A stretch of 61,439 bases of DNA, the filler included, from Sphacelaria rigidula (lineage: Eukaryota), in NCBI GenBank assembly GCA_964200075.2. It is 4 parts of 4 records of this genome, joined end to end, with 100 filler letters (N's around TTAATTAATTAA, not from the genome) between each part and the next. Parts side by side here need not be neighbours in the genome. Positions count along the whole stretch, not along the records: positions 1 to 15,288 come from CAXNAA020001820.1; positions 15,389 to 30,672 come from CAXNAA020001821.1; 2 more parts are not named here. One strand, given 5' to 3'. The notes below the pieces were generated by a model. The model worked only from the letters and a program-made list of their open reading frames with translations. It made no database searches and was not told where the DNA came from. Shown here piece after piece: positions 11,560 to 22,784 of this stretch (its first letter is position 1; each line of letters starts with the position of its first letter). Made by a program: the position numbers and the translations under genes.

Positions 11560-12960
11560 CAAGCTCCGACAAGCAGTTGTAGGTACGTCTGATGATTTGC
11601 GCGCACATGCGCGACGCCGGGCATCGTGGTGTGGCTGGGACGCTCGTGCGCGTGCAAGAGTTTTGTGTCTGGCAGGAGATAAAAACTCATGTGCGCGAAT
11701 TTGTCCGCCAGTGTCTTCACTGTGCTTACTCTAGGGTGGGGAATGTTGTTCCCCGCCCGCTCGGCGAAACTGTTTATGAGACCATGCCGAATGAAGTCGT
11801 CCATTTTGACTTCTTGTACGTGGGTGAGAGTGGCCCCTTCCCAAGGTTTGTCGGAGGGTGCTGGGTTTCGATACATTTCGATAATCATGGATTATTTGAG
11901 CAACTTTGTGGCTCTGGAACCAGTAGCAGTGTGTACTGCTGAATCGACTGCTTCATCTTTGCTAAATTGGTGCAAAACTTTAGGGATGCCGCGTGTGTGG
12001 GTGAGTGATACCGCCACGCATTTTAAGAATGCGATCTTAGCCCGATTGCGAGAGGCTTTGCACGTTGATCACCAGTTTGCGGTGGCGTATTCTCCGTGGT
12101 CTAACGGTACGTGCGAACGCATGATCGAGGAAGTAGTTTTTTTTTTTTTTGTTCTATTCTTCTCGAGCAGCGTGGAGCGGTTTCCGTGTGGGTGGGCGTG
12201 TTGCCGGCGGTGTAATGGGCACTCAATACAGCGAATTGTCGTCGGTACGATAGTATGCGGTACCACGTGATGTTTGGTCGTGCTCCTCGGACATCTTTCT
12301 CGGTGCTAGCGTCTTCGTCGGTGGGGGAATGGAAATGGAATGTTTTGGACGATGATCAAACCAAGTGTGCACTGCAAGGAGAGTCGGACTTGCAAGAGCG
12401 TTTCCACGTTCAAGTGCAGGAACGTGTTGCCGCTGAACGTGCGCATAGACGTGAGGAGTCTTCGTCGGCGTTGGAACTGCCGAATTTTGAAGCAGGCGAC
12501 TATGTCTTCTTGTATGCACGCGTGCGTCGTCCGGGTGTTACGCCCAAGTTGATGGCGACGCGGACTGGTCCGTGGAGAGTGGTTGGTGCTCACCACCCGC
12601 ACGTGTTTGAGATTTAGAACATTGTTTTCGGGTCGTGTTCAGACAGCCCATGTAGCTCGTTTGCGATTTTATGCAGACTCGTAGCTTAATGTTACGGTTG
12701 ACGTTAAGGATGTGTTCCAGCACGCTTAAGATCAGGGGCAATTTCAGATGGCTGGTTTCGTCCGAGTTTCAGAAGCAGACGATCGTTCGTTGATCGTGTT
12801 GGTCGACTGGGTTGGTTTCGAAGTTGAGGAGCGTACGTGGGAGCCTTTTGAAAATATTTTTGAGGCCGCTCCGGAAATTTTCAGAAAGGAGTTGCGTAAG
12901 GTGCGAGTGACTCGTGCCGTTGCTGCTCGCATTATGAGTGAGTTTGGTGTTCAGTCGTGA
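11560..12960 (+). pseudogene. pol: Integrase plus chromodomain of element 2
   Basis: AHMRDAGHRG...CLHC zinc finger, VHFDFLY, VSDTATHF, SNGTCER, RTGPWRV (GPY/F). Chromodomain LVDWVGFEVEERTWEP at 12748-12960. Several frameshifts and stops. Confidence 0.9.
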
Positions 12961-13991
12961 CTTACTCATCATTTTGGCGTTTTCTATGTGTCAAGCTTGT
13001 TGATCGATTTTCGTCCAACGCGCTCTGGAGTGCTTGCTGTGACGATTTGACGCCGTTACGTTGAGTCGGCGATGATGATCTGGATGATGACCGTTGGTAG
13101 TGATTATCTGGATAATGACCGGGAATTCTAGGTTGATCCCCTGGCGTGTCTAGGTGGGTGCCTTGGAACGGCACTCCATGATAATGATATGTTGTAAAAG
13201 CTGACAACTGAAACTAAGGCCAGTAAGACTGCAGAGTACCACACCAGCAGTGATCCACCAGTTCTTCTTCTGGCAAAACTTCGACTCACACGATGCTATG
13301 GCCAGTATTTTCGAAGTGCGACACCACCGTATCACTGTTCAACTACAGGTTGCCTTTTCGAAAACACTCACAGCACCCTCGAAAAATTGTGGGCTCCCAA
13401 ATTAAAAACAGGAGGCATTTTCGGGGTCTGTCAGAAAAAAAAACGTTTTCAGTGAGATCGAGTTGTGGGGAAGGGGGCAGTCTATCCCGCACTCCTCGTG
13501 TACTGTACCGGCGATGGTTCCAGCAGGGTTGGTACGCCTCTCTATCAAGCCCCCTTACGCCAGTTGCTACATTCGGCGCACTCACGGATGAGGTGTGAAG
13601 CCGTGTGACCTCTAGAATGAGGGTTTCCTGTTGCACAGGTTTTTACCGGGAACCGTCCTGGAACATCCGAACTTTGACCGTAGTCGGTCGCCGTGACCCT
13701 CTAGGTAACTCGTACCCTCTACCGCCGCTCCCGACTGCTTATTTTTGCTGTCTCGTGCACAGGCCGACGTGCAAGATCTACGCTGTTGAGTCCGACGTGA
13801 AATGGACATGAAAGAGCGCACGGTCGGCAGTTTGTATTTAGCTTCACATTATGTACTGTGCTGTGCTTGAGGAGGGGGAAAATGGGAAAGATGAGCTATA
13901 GATGATGTTCAGCCGGCCACCACATCCGACGGAACTCCCCCAGCCATGCATGGCGCACCGTTGCTGAGGTGCACGGGCCTTGAGACATCGC

Positions 13992-14231
13992 GAAGAGGAG
14001 GGAGATGTAGATATGAAACAGCAGCGGTAGTTACGAGAGTCGGTCGCGACCCTGTGTCCGATGTCCGCTGTAACGTTATCAGCTGTAGGCAGGACCATCC
14101 GCGCAGCAATATATATGTATATATATTGACTGGTTTAAATTCGTGTGCGACCATTTTGCTCATCGGTCATGTTTTGTTACTGTAACGATCTTGTGATTGA
14201 TGTGCTGTAAAACACCTCATCCGTTCGTACA
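13992..14231 (+). repeat. PPT (13992-14005) and candidate 3' LTR (14006-14231) of element 2
   Basis: GAAGAGGAGGGAGA is directly followed by TGTA; the segment ends in TACA and contains a TATATA-rich tract near 14110-14127. No 5' LTR copy was seen. Confidence 0.6.
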
Positions 14232-15288
14232 CCCTTTTCTGCGAGCGGCTGCCGGCAACATGTTCCGGAATAATATTGAAACAGGTGCCAAATATCAGGC
14301 CTCACATTTTCCGCCCGGTTTCTTGTTTCAGTAGACGAGACTCACGCCAGGTGGGATTACAGCAACACATGCAGCGAGTCTTCCTCGGCTAAACGAAGGG
14401 AAGAGGAGGAAGACTGTCTACCTACTGCTCAGAAAGTATGGTGTTGGAAAGCTTCTCTCGGCATACATTTCTCGGTTGAAGATGTATATATGAGTAGAAA
14501 CCGTGACAATGTCGAGCCTCAGCGCGAGGGAACGCAATCTCGGTTATGTATACTTTTTCTTTGATGCTACTTCAACAAGGAAATTATCGCCGGCCAAGGG
14601 TTGACAGTCGTTCGAAGCAGTGATCCGACACGGTCAACATTTTCACACTGGAACAAAAACACACGGTAGTGGACACTGCACGCCATATCCTTTTGACCAA
14701 TATTTGATATTCTTTCTGACTACATAACGCTACATACTTGTTTCGTCCATCAATCGGGAAGGCACGCCAGACCTGTCGTTCGCATCCAAGCCCTACTCTC
14801 AACAGTATCTTGAACTCTCAATCTCACAAACACATTGTTTTATGTACCGCCCCTTCATTCTCGCCCACTACATACATGTTAAATGCATACTGCAAGGTAT
14901 CGGCGGAGGGATAAGCAGAATTCATGACGATGTCAGCTCCTTTTGTCTCCCATAACCTTTTTGGGTTTAGTGCCTTGTGAAAATGACCACATCGTAGCAT
15001 GTACACTCCTTCCCGATTTTTCCCACTCCTCAGGATTGGTCATTTGTGTCCTCTGGGCGTAGTATCTACTTCAAAAATGGATGCCTTTCGCAGCAGTCGA
15101 AGGATTCAGCAGGAAGAGGTGACGCTGGCGAAGGGTTTGGTCTAATCTGATCCTTGGTGATACCCATAGACAAACGAGACGAATGCAACGAGGGGGGGGG
15201 GGGGGGGGGGGCGACCCCTTCCTTTTTTTGCCTTTGTGGTGTGTTCATTGGCCCCGCCCCCCTTTCAGGGCGGGGGAAAAAAAAGGGG

Positions 15289-15388
15289 NNNNNNNNNNNN
15301 NNNNNNNNNNNNNNNNNNNNNNNNNNNNNNNNTTAATTAATTAANNNNNNNNNNNNNNNNNNNNNNNNNNNNNNNNNNNNNNNNNNNN
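15289..15388. other. Artificial contig linker
   Basis: 44 N + TTAATTAATTAA (stops in all six frames) + 44 N = 100 bp. Confidence 0.97.
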
Positions 15389-16257
15389 AATGAAGGGATG
15401 GGACTTCAACCTCATATTTTGTTTCAACCCCAAGAATTAGGATCGGCTGTTATTCAGCTTTCCTCGTCTGTAGTCCAACACTAGTCCACAGCACACCACA
15501 TTCCTTGAATCTAGCCTTCAACATCCCCTTACTGCTCTGACCGTCCGATCCGGATTACAAGTTTTTTCTCACTTTTAACACTTCAACATCGGACATACCA
15601 ACTCCCCTTTAGCCCGAGATCCGATTTATACTTGCTAAGTCTTGAAATATTGCAATTCCATCTTTGAACTCAGGACAAGTGTTCGTTGATCATGTTTTAT
15701 CCCGATTTACCCGTACACAAGTTCATATCTTCAAACTAGAACTAGTTCCATACAAAACCAAAGGCCTTCGAGAGTTCGGCTCACCACATCAGCCCATTCT
15801 GTGAACCTAAATCTCATCTTTAGTTGAGATGATTTCGGTGAACAAACTAATTTAAAAAAACGCCAAAAACTCTGGGGAGCCTCAATTTATCCCATTGATA
15901 CTCAACCCAGCCGCCCCCAACTCATTTGATTCCGACAGAAAAACTCAAAACCATGACTACATTCCTTATCGTATCCTACTTTAACATGCATTACACTTCA
16001 CAAATCGGCTCTCTTCATCGAAATTGCTGCCTGTGTTCGACCTACACGATTGTTACAACAGTCAACCCCAAAGTAAAACAGAGAAAACATTTCACCCAAG
16101 ATGATAAAATAAATCTAGCCATTTCATCGTACTTCTAGCACAGCTCCATTTCCGTCTCGTCGTCATGTACCAATGCCAAACCACACCAGTCATCTATATC
16201 TTCTGATGTCCGTCTTCAGATCCGATAATGATCGCACTTCTCCTGCGAAGGCTCTAG

Positions 16258-18684
16258 CTATAGCGTGTGCGCAAAGAATTTTGAAGTTCTCTTCTTCTGC
16301 ACATGGTAGTGCCAGCACCAATCCCCCACTTGGTTCCGAGAGGTGTTCAAATTTTCCTCCAGAAGATGAACATTATACCTCCGCCCAAGGTCCAACATCC
16401 TCAGAGTGTGCGTTCGTCTTTGAAAAGCCGCATCCTCCTGAAGATCCATCACTTGTACTAATTGCCACCCCCTCGTCTGCGTCAAATAATAAATATAACA
16501 ACCGACAAGTTGAGGGCCATAGATGTGAGGACCAGCGGTGACATTGCTCCTCAGTTCATAGCCTTGAGCCACAAATATTTCACCTCTTTCCCGAGCCTCC
16601 GTCCTTCTTGCCAGATTTATTCGGTATTTTCGATACTTCGCGTTATCCGGTTTTTCCATATTCGGGCTCCCCATCCAATATGTTAAAATTACCCTTCCAT
16701 ATTGTTTCAAGTCCTCTTCGTGTTCCCACCTAGGCCTTTCTAGATTCTCCCAATATAATAAATATTGAACTGAGAGTTTTCCACCCAAACCACGGGATAA
16801 ACGATGACTCACAATCTTTGTGGGCTTCAGCCTATATGTGTCCAACTGTATCGATACATCTTCCTCGGTCAAGTGTAACGGAGGTGATAGTTCCGAATAT
16901 TGACTCAACACGTGCTGACTCAAACCCCAGGGTAAAGATTTCGGCGGTTCCGGTTCATCTCTTGGATTGAAGCACCTCTTACATCTCAACACCGAAACTC
17001 GGGGACTCATGATTGCTCCTGGCTCATTTTTCCGCAGCTCAAGCAACAATAATTTGTCTCCCACGATTTCTCCTTTGTCCGAAATACCTGACCCTACCAC
17101 CAAGATTTTATATGGCCGTCCCCAGGAGTGAGACAGTTTAGACGATAGAACTGTTTTCCCCCCTTCCTTTACCGCATTCCCCCCTGACATAATTGTACCT
17201 TTTGTATCATAGACGAACACCCAATTGCCTACTTCCCACTTCGGCTTCCGATTTAAAGCCTCTTCCACCTGCTCGTTATTCGGCTCATGTTTGGATTTAA
17301 TCAAGTAGTCCTCTTGTTTAACAAGATCGTATGCTTTGATTTGTCGATCCTTCATCAGCTGTAAATATGCCAGTTGATCAGCCTTCAACCCTTGATGTCC
17401 ATATACACCTCTTCTCTCAAGGATAGTCATGGGTAACCTTGGATATCTCCCAATGTGAACCTCATTCGGCGCTAACCCAATCCCTCTACTTACATTGTTA
17501 TTGTGCGCAGAAATTGCACGTAGTAATAGCTTATCCCAATTCTTCTGGTCATCAGCCACCAAATACAACAACATTTGGCATAACGTGTGGTTTAATCGCT
17601 CAGCCATCCCGTTCGTTTGCGGATGATACGCACTTGTGTATCGTTTCACGGCTCCCAACATCTCATAGACAGTTTTTGCTACTTTTGCAGTAAACTCCGT
17701 TCCTCGATCCGACAGTAATGTGTGAGGACATCCCCATCTTGGAATATAATCGTGCACTAGAATGTCGGCACAACCTTCCGCTGTTGTCTCTTCTTTAGAA
17801 AGGGCATATGCTTCAGCATGCCTACTAAAGAGACCCACCATTGAAAGTATGTATGTGTTCCCCTTCATTGATTTTGGGAGCGGACCCAACAGATCAAACG
17901 AAACCATCTGCCCTGGTTGACTCGGCAGTGGTGAGGAAATAAGTGGCCACCTTACTGTGTCTCTTGGATTTTTCCGAGCTTGACATGTGTAGCATCTCCT
18001 GACCCAGAATTTAACCCTGTCCTTCATCCCAATCCACCAATAATACCGTTTCAACAAAGATAACGTGATACCTTCCCCCAAATGAATAGCTTCTTTGTGA
18101 GTTTGGTCCATTACCCAAGGTCTCAAAAGTAATGGTACATATGTTCTGGTTGGCTCTTCCCCTAAATACCTCTCAAATTGTCCCGGGTTTCGGTCCGATT
18201 GACTGGGTATTGGAGTCTGCTTCTTTACGAGTAACAAATCTCCATCCGATATTTTTAACAGTGTTCCCTGCTTCAGTAATCTTTTAAATTCAGATAGATC
18301 AATTCGTGTGGGAACCCCCTTCTCTTGATCCTTCGTCAATACTGTCACTCGTTTCTTCAAATATTCGATGACTGTTCTCGATGTGAGATCCTCTTGCTGT
18401 ATTCGGGCCCACTCATTTGTCGATCTCTGACATAAACGTTCCCCAAAACGGCAAGCTTCTTCTGCTTCCAGAGTCGGTGGTATCGTTGTTGCTGGTTCCG
18501 CACTACTGCTTCCTACATCGGTTGTGGGTTCAACTACTGCCACAGTTCTGTGTTCTTGTGGTTGTAACAATCTCCTCCCTATTTCCGTGATCGGACATGC
18601 CTCCAAAATCAAACCTTGGTCCCATTGTCCCCTGACCATGTTATCAATCTTTGGGAAAAATAACGGTGAGTCATCTGGTAACAC
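16258..18684 (-). CDS. pol: Integrase with chromodomain and Tudor-like tail (element A pol fragment, 808 aa open)
   Basis: THKEAIH...CYTC zinc finger; SFDLLGPL, LSDRG and GMAERLN (DDE); WEVGNWVFVY..WGRPYK. Chromodomain about 16696-16830; Tudor-like segment about 16304-16518. Confidence 0.92.
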   Translation of the reverse strand: MLPDDSPLFFPKIDNMVRGQWDQGLILEACPITEIGRRLLQPQEHRTVAVVEPTTDVGSSSAEPATTIPPTLEAEEACRFGERLCQRSTNEWARIQQEDLTSRTVIEYLKKRVTVLTKDQEKGVPTRIDLSEFKRLLKQGTLLKISDGDLLLVKKQTPIPSQSDRNPGQFERYLGEEPTRTYVPLLLRPWVMDQTHKEAIHLGEGITLSLLKRYYWWIGMKDRVKFWVRRCYTCQARKNPRDTVRWPLISSPLPSQPGQMVSFDLLGPLPKSMKGNTYILSMVGLFSRHAEAYALSKEETTAEGCADILVHDYIPRWGCPHTLLSDRGTEFTAKVAKTVYEMLGAVKRYTSAYHPQTNGMAERLNHTLCQMLLYLVADDQKNWDKLLLRAISAHNNNVSRGIGLAPNEVHIGRYPRLPMTILERRGVYGHQGLKADQLAYLQLMKDRQIKAYDLVKQEDYLIKSKHEPNNEQVEEALNRKPKWEVGNWVFVYDTKGTIMSGGNAVKEGGKTVLSSKLSHSWGRPYKILVVGSGISDKGEIVGDKLLLLELRKNEPGAIMSPRVSVLRCKRCFNPRDEPEPPKSLPWGLSQHVLSQYSELSPPLHLTEEDVSIQLDTYRLKPTKIVSHRLSRGLGGKLSVQYLLYWENLERPRWEHEEDLKQYGRVILTYWMGSPNMEKPDNAKYRKYRINLARRTEARERGEIFVAQGYELRSNVTAGPHIYGPQLVGCYIYYLTQTRGWQLVQVMDLQEDAAFQRRTHTLRMLDLGRRYNVHLLEENLNTSRNQVGDWCWHYHVQKKRTSKFFAHTL

Positions 18685-18847
18685 GTACGAAGAGTTGTCC
18701 GCTTTTTCTCCCCCACAAGTGTATTTCCCTTGCCCTTCGCTCGTTGTAGCTCAATCCATCTTTGGTTAGCTTGTTCAGAGGTCGTGAGCGGTGTTGCACT
18801 TACTTCTTTTTCCCCCATTTCGAAAACCGACTCAGGGTCTAGCCCAT

Positions 18848-20300
18848 TCAAGTTTGAATCGTGGGTACTAACCTACCGATCCCACGTGTCCATCCCTGAT
18901 CGAGTTTTTTTTTAATTCTCGGCCATACTCCATCAGCGCCAATAAAGTAGACATCCATGTCTCCTGGGTCCGTTATTCGGGCATCCCCAGACATATCATC
19001 AGCATTTGGCGGCTGTGGTAAACGAGACAACATATCCGCATTCGCGTTTACTCGTCCTGGTTTGTACTTAATTTCATAAGTGTGCGCACTTGAAAAGTCA
19101 TGCCAACGTTGAACCCTCGGCACTTTTTCTGCAAGACTCGATAAATTTCGCAAAGGCTGATGGTCAGTGTAAATTTCAAACGGCACTCCGTAGAATAGTG
19201 GTCTGTTCTTTTTGATGGCCCACACAATAGCCGCTGCCTCTAATTCGGACACACTCCAATTTCTCTCGTTGGGTAGTGTTCCTCTACTTAGGAAAACAAT
19301 AGGTCGAACAGTGTCATCTTTTTGTTTTCGTTCCACCACCGCGCCTAGGCCATCCAGTGATGCATCTGTAGTGAGCATAAATGGTTGTTTCCCTGAGGCT
19401 GTATTTTCGTTTTGCCCCGTCAATAATGATAACATGTCCTTGGCGATAGATTCATGCCCTTGTGTAAATTCAAAACGAACTCCCTTCTTTAACAAATGCG
19501 TTAGAGGTTTGAGTCTCGCAGCCATTCGCGGAATAAATTTACGGTAGTACCCTAAACCTCCCAGTAATGATCTGAGCTGAGATACATCAGACGGCATTGG
19601 CATTTGTTTCAAAGCCTGTACCTTATCCTGGTCAGGAGAAATTACCGCCGCGGAAATGTGATGCCCCAAAAATTTCGTTTCCTTCGTTCCAACATGTGCC
19701 TTTTTCGGTGCCAACTTCAAATTGTACTTGGTCAGTCGTTGGAAAAGACCTTCCAAGTGATCCACATGCTGCCGGCCTGTTCCGCTAAAAGTACAGACAT
19801 CATCAATGTAGAGTCGACATCGCTCCAACCCATCAAATATTCTCGCCATGATTGCCTGAAACCAACCTGGACTTCCACTGCATCCCATCGACATAACCAA
19901 CCACTCATATAAGCCACTTTGCGTACAAATTGCCGTCAACGGTACCGAGTCTTGATGTATAGCCACGTTAAAATATCCTGAGGTGATGTCCAAACATGAA
20001 AATATTTTGGCCCCTCCCAGTTCATCCAACAGTTCCTCAATAATGGGAATTGGTTACACCGGAATTATTGTACTATCATTCAACTTCTTGTAGTTACACG
20101 TGATTCGAATCGACCCATCCGCTTTGTTCACAACTGCAAGCGGGCTACTCCAGTTGGAGTAAGATCTCAAAATGCCTGCTGCCAGCATGCGATCAATTTC
20201 CACTTGCACTTTCTTTTGAACTGCCGGATTATGACGGTACGGGCGTTGTTTAACGGGCCTCGTTCCAGGTTTAAGTTCAATTTCAAACGGATCCACAGTG
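18848..20300 (-). pseudogene. pol: Reverse transcriptase and RNase H (element A)
   Basis: WSSPL, CNYKKLN, LDITSGY, LYIDD, TTDASLDG, ELEAAAIVWA, YTDHQPL, NADMLSRL. Frameshift near 20050 and a short deletion before RNase H. Confidence 0.95.
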
Positions 20301-22754
20301 CAGTACCCCAAATCCATTTTGTCTTTTGAAAATCGATGTGAATATTTGCGCAACAGTTCCCCCAAAATGTCAATGTCCTCAACCGTCCAATGTGCACTTT
20401 CTAGTCCAAACTTTATTTTTCTCATATGTGTGGGGAGACCCCTCCACATCTTCGCGAATGCTTGTTGTTGTTTGTCGTTTAAGCCTGACAAAACCGGAGC
20501 TTCTTCTAATATTTGGTCCACCATGAATATCTCTTCGGGTTCCGGATCCTTTGTTTCAGAAATCTTTACGTCCTCCAGAGAGCATGGTACCAAAGGTGCC
20601 CCCGCAGAGCCAAGAGTGGTATTTGGATACAACATCTGTCCTTCTAACCCGGTATAACGGAGAGGGATGATGGATTCACCTGCTTCTAAGATAATCTCAT
20701 GAGGAGACCATTCTGGATCCAGCGATACATAATGAGAGCCACTTCCTGCGGGAGTTCCGTCCATGTTACATAGTTTGACAGGAATCCACGACAATGTATC
20801 CGGTCGTATCGTATCACGAGACCCATTGTACACTACTGTAACTTGAGCTGACGAGGATTTTGGTTCGATAAAACCCACAGCATTGCGGACTTGTTCCGCA
20901 AACACACGATCCACAGAGTCAGTGTTGTTTCCTTGCAAGGTCATGACTGTTTCTCGTCCGTTCACATCACAATACGTACTGACTGGAAATAATCCAAGGC
21001 CATCACGTCCTACTAGAATGTCATAATTCATTGTTCCATCAGGTACGACATGGGCGTAAATTGCTAAACATGCTCGTCCATTCTGAACTGACATCCGTGG
21101 GTTGGGTCTTCTAGGCCACAGTCTAATATTCAACCGCACCTGTGAAGATGTGCACAACGGAACACCATTAAAGCCACCCCAAGATACCGGGTCTATCTCT
21201 CGGACACCTTCAATAGTTGCTGCCCCAACGTCAACCATTTTTTTCCATATTGAGTAATGAATAAACGTCGCTGGGCTCCCCGTGTCCACTAGAGCCTTTA
21301 CCTCCAAGGTTCGAGTTGCCTTTGGTCCTGAAAAGATTTGCGCCAGAGTCGAACTTTCCTTGCGGTTTAAACTCACTTCCCCCCCCTTCACTTGGTGGAA
21401 TTCTTCCAAGTAAGGTCCCTTCTTACCTCGCGCAACCTGACTAATTATTGTCGCTGGTACGCGGGCTGGGACCGGGTTGGCAGGCAAACGACTACCCGTT
21501 TTTGGGTCCAGCGCGTAAATACTTTCCGCTGGTGTCCGACTTGGGTCGTTACCTCCTCCCACTACTACATTACGCACTGCGTAACACGACGAATTATCAC
21601 GTTCGATTTGACGTGAAATATTTCGGGACGCCTCAACAGTTCTATTGGGAAAATCAATAGTCATGTAGTCCTGCACATCGTCACCATTGCCAGCTAATCC
21701 ACTTTCGTGTACGGTTGCTAGATCTCGGACAGGATCAGCCATGTTTGATCCTCCCTGACCTATATTACGGTTGCCCCGACTGTTGCGAGCTGTTGAGCTG
21801 TGTACATCGGGATCTCTAGTCGGAGAAACTTCACTTCTCTCCACCACAACGCTACTGATTGTCGCACTGGTGCGTTTCGTTTCTTCATGCACGGTGGAAA
21901 TCTCGGCGGAATAATTTTCATTTTCCTCTACCGGAGCATCACTATTATCTCGACTCTCATGGGCGGTCGTGCCATGTACAGTCAGAGATGTAGTCTTGGC
22001 GTGAGTAGTATCATTTCGATCAACTAGGTGACTACTATTATCATGGCCCTTGCCAATGCAGGATATTTTGCCTTGCACGGTGGAACCTTTAACGGCTTGA
22101 GCCTTGCATGTTTTCCCCAGTCCAAATGGGTGTCGAGGGCTGCCTTCAAAGCTAACTCGATCATGTATGTGGTACTCCTACCTCACCCTGGATGCTTACT
22201 TTATCTACTGGGTGTTCCATATTCTGTGACTGATCAATCCCAGCGGGTCCATCCGAAACCCTAGCTACAACCAACGGTTCCAATGATGCATCTCGGTTGC
22301 CTGCATATGCACTCGATGTTTTACTTTCACATAAAATATCGCTTAGAATAGGTGCGCAGCTAGGGGAGCGACCCCCACTCAATGCACTATTCCGACGGCC
22401 AGACCTAGATGTCGCGCAAGATTTCAACGCTAAGACCCCACTTGCGCCTGCCTGCATTGATGTGTCTGCAGGTTGGCTGACATTTTGATCTGTACAGGAT
22501 TTTGATTTCTTTCCAACTCTCGAATTTCCAGAACGAGGATGCGCAGTCCCCGCGTTGGATGTAAATGTTTCTTCGGAACCGCGATCCTTACCCCTTTGGA
22601 ACGTATTTTCCTTGTTCCCCAAAATGGTATTCTTCCCGTGCCAGGTCGAACCATCTGGACTGTGCGGACTAACCACAGTGTCAACATGAGTATCTGCAGT
22701 TTTTGCTGGAGGGTCAGGTCCTCCGATACTTAATACGGGCGGATGTGCTACCAA
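20301..22754 (-). pseudogene. pol: Pre-protease spacer, aspartic protease and PR-RT linker domain (element A)
   Basis: KALVDTGSPATFI and DILVGRD are retropepsin motifs in ORF 20054-22078. The upstream ORF 22161-22754 is low-complexity and joined by a frameshift near 22170. Confidence 0.85.
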
Positions 22755-22784
22755 TAAATTGGCCCAATTTTTATCGTCGCACCT

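Larger units (their letters stand above)
9350..14231 (+). mobile_element. Internally deleted Ty3/Gypsy chromovirus-like element 2 (different family)
   Basis: Gag zinc knuckle CHCCGQVGHYARDCP, protease-like WDSGA, RT start WSSPDMAFPKK then a jump, an RNase H fragment, integrase and chromodomain, then a PPT and TGTA...TACA LTR. The 5' end is not defined. Confidence 0.85.

Noticed and set aside
14400-15110. Faint Copia- or LINE-like peptides (LLRKYGV, TPDLSFAS, DWSFVSSGRSIYFKNGCLSQQSK)
   Set aside because: Too short and divergent to call by eye; a BLASTX search would be needed.
15333-15344. TTAATTAATTAA as a biological motif or piggyBac target
   Set aside because: It is the core of an artificial linker embedded in Ns three times.
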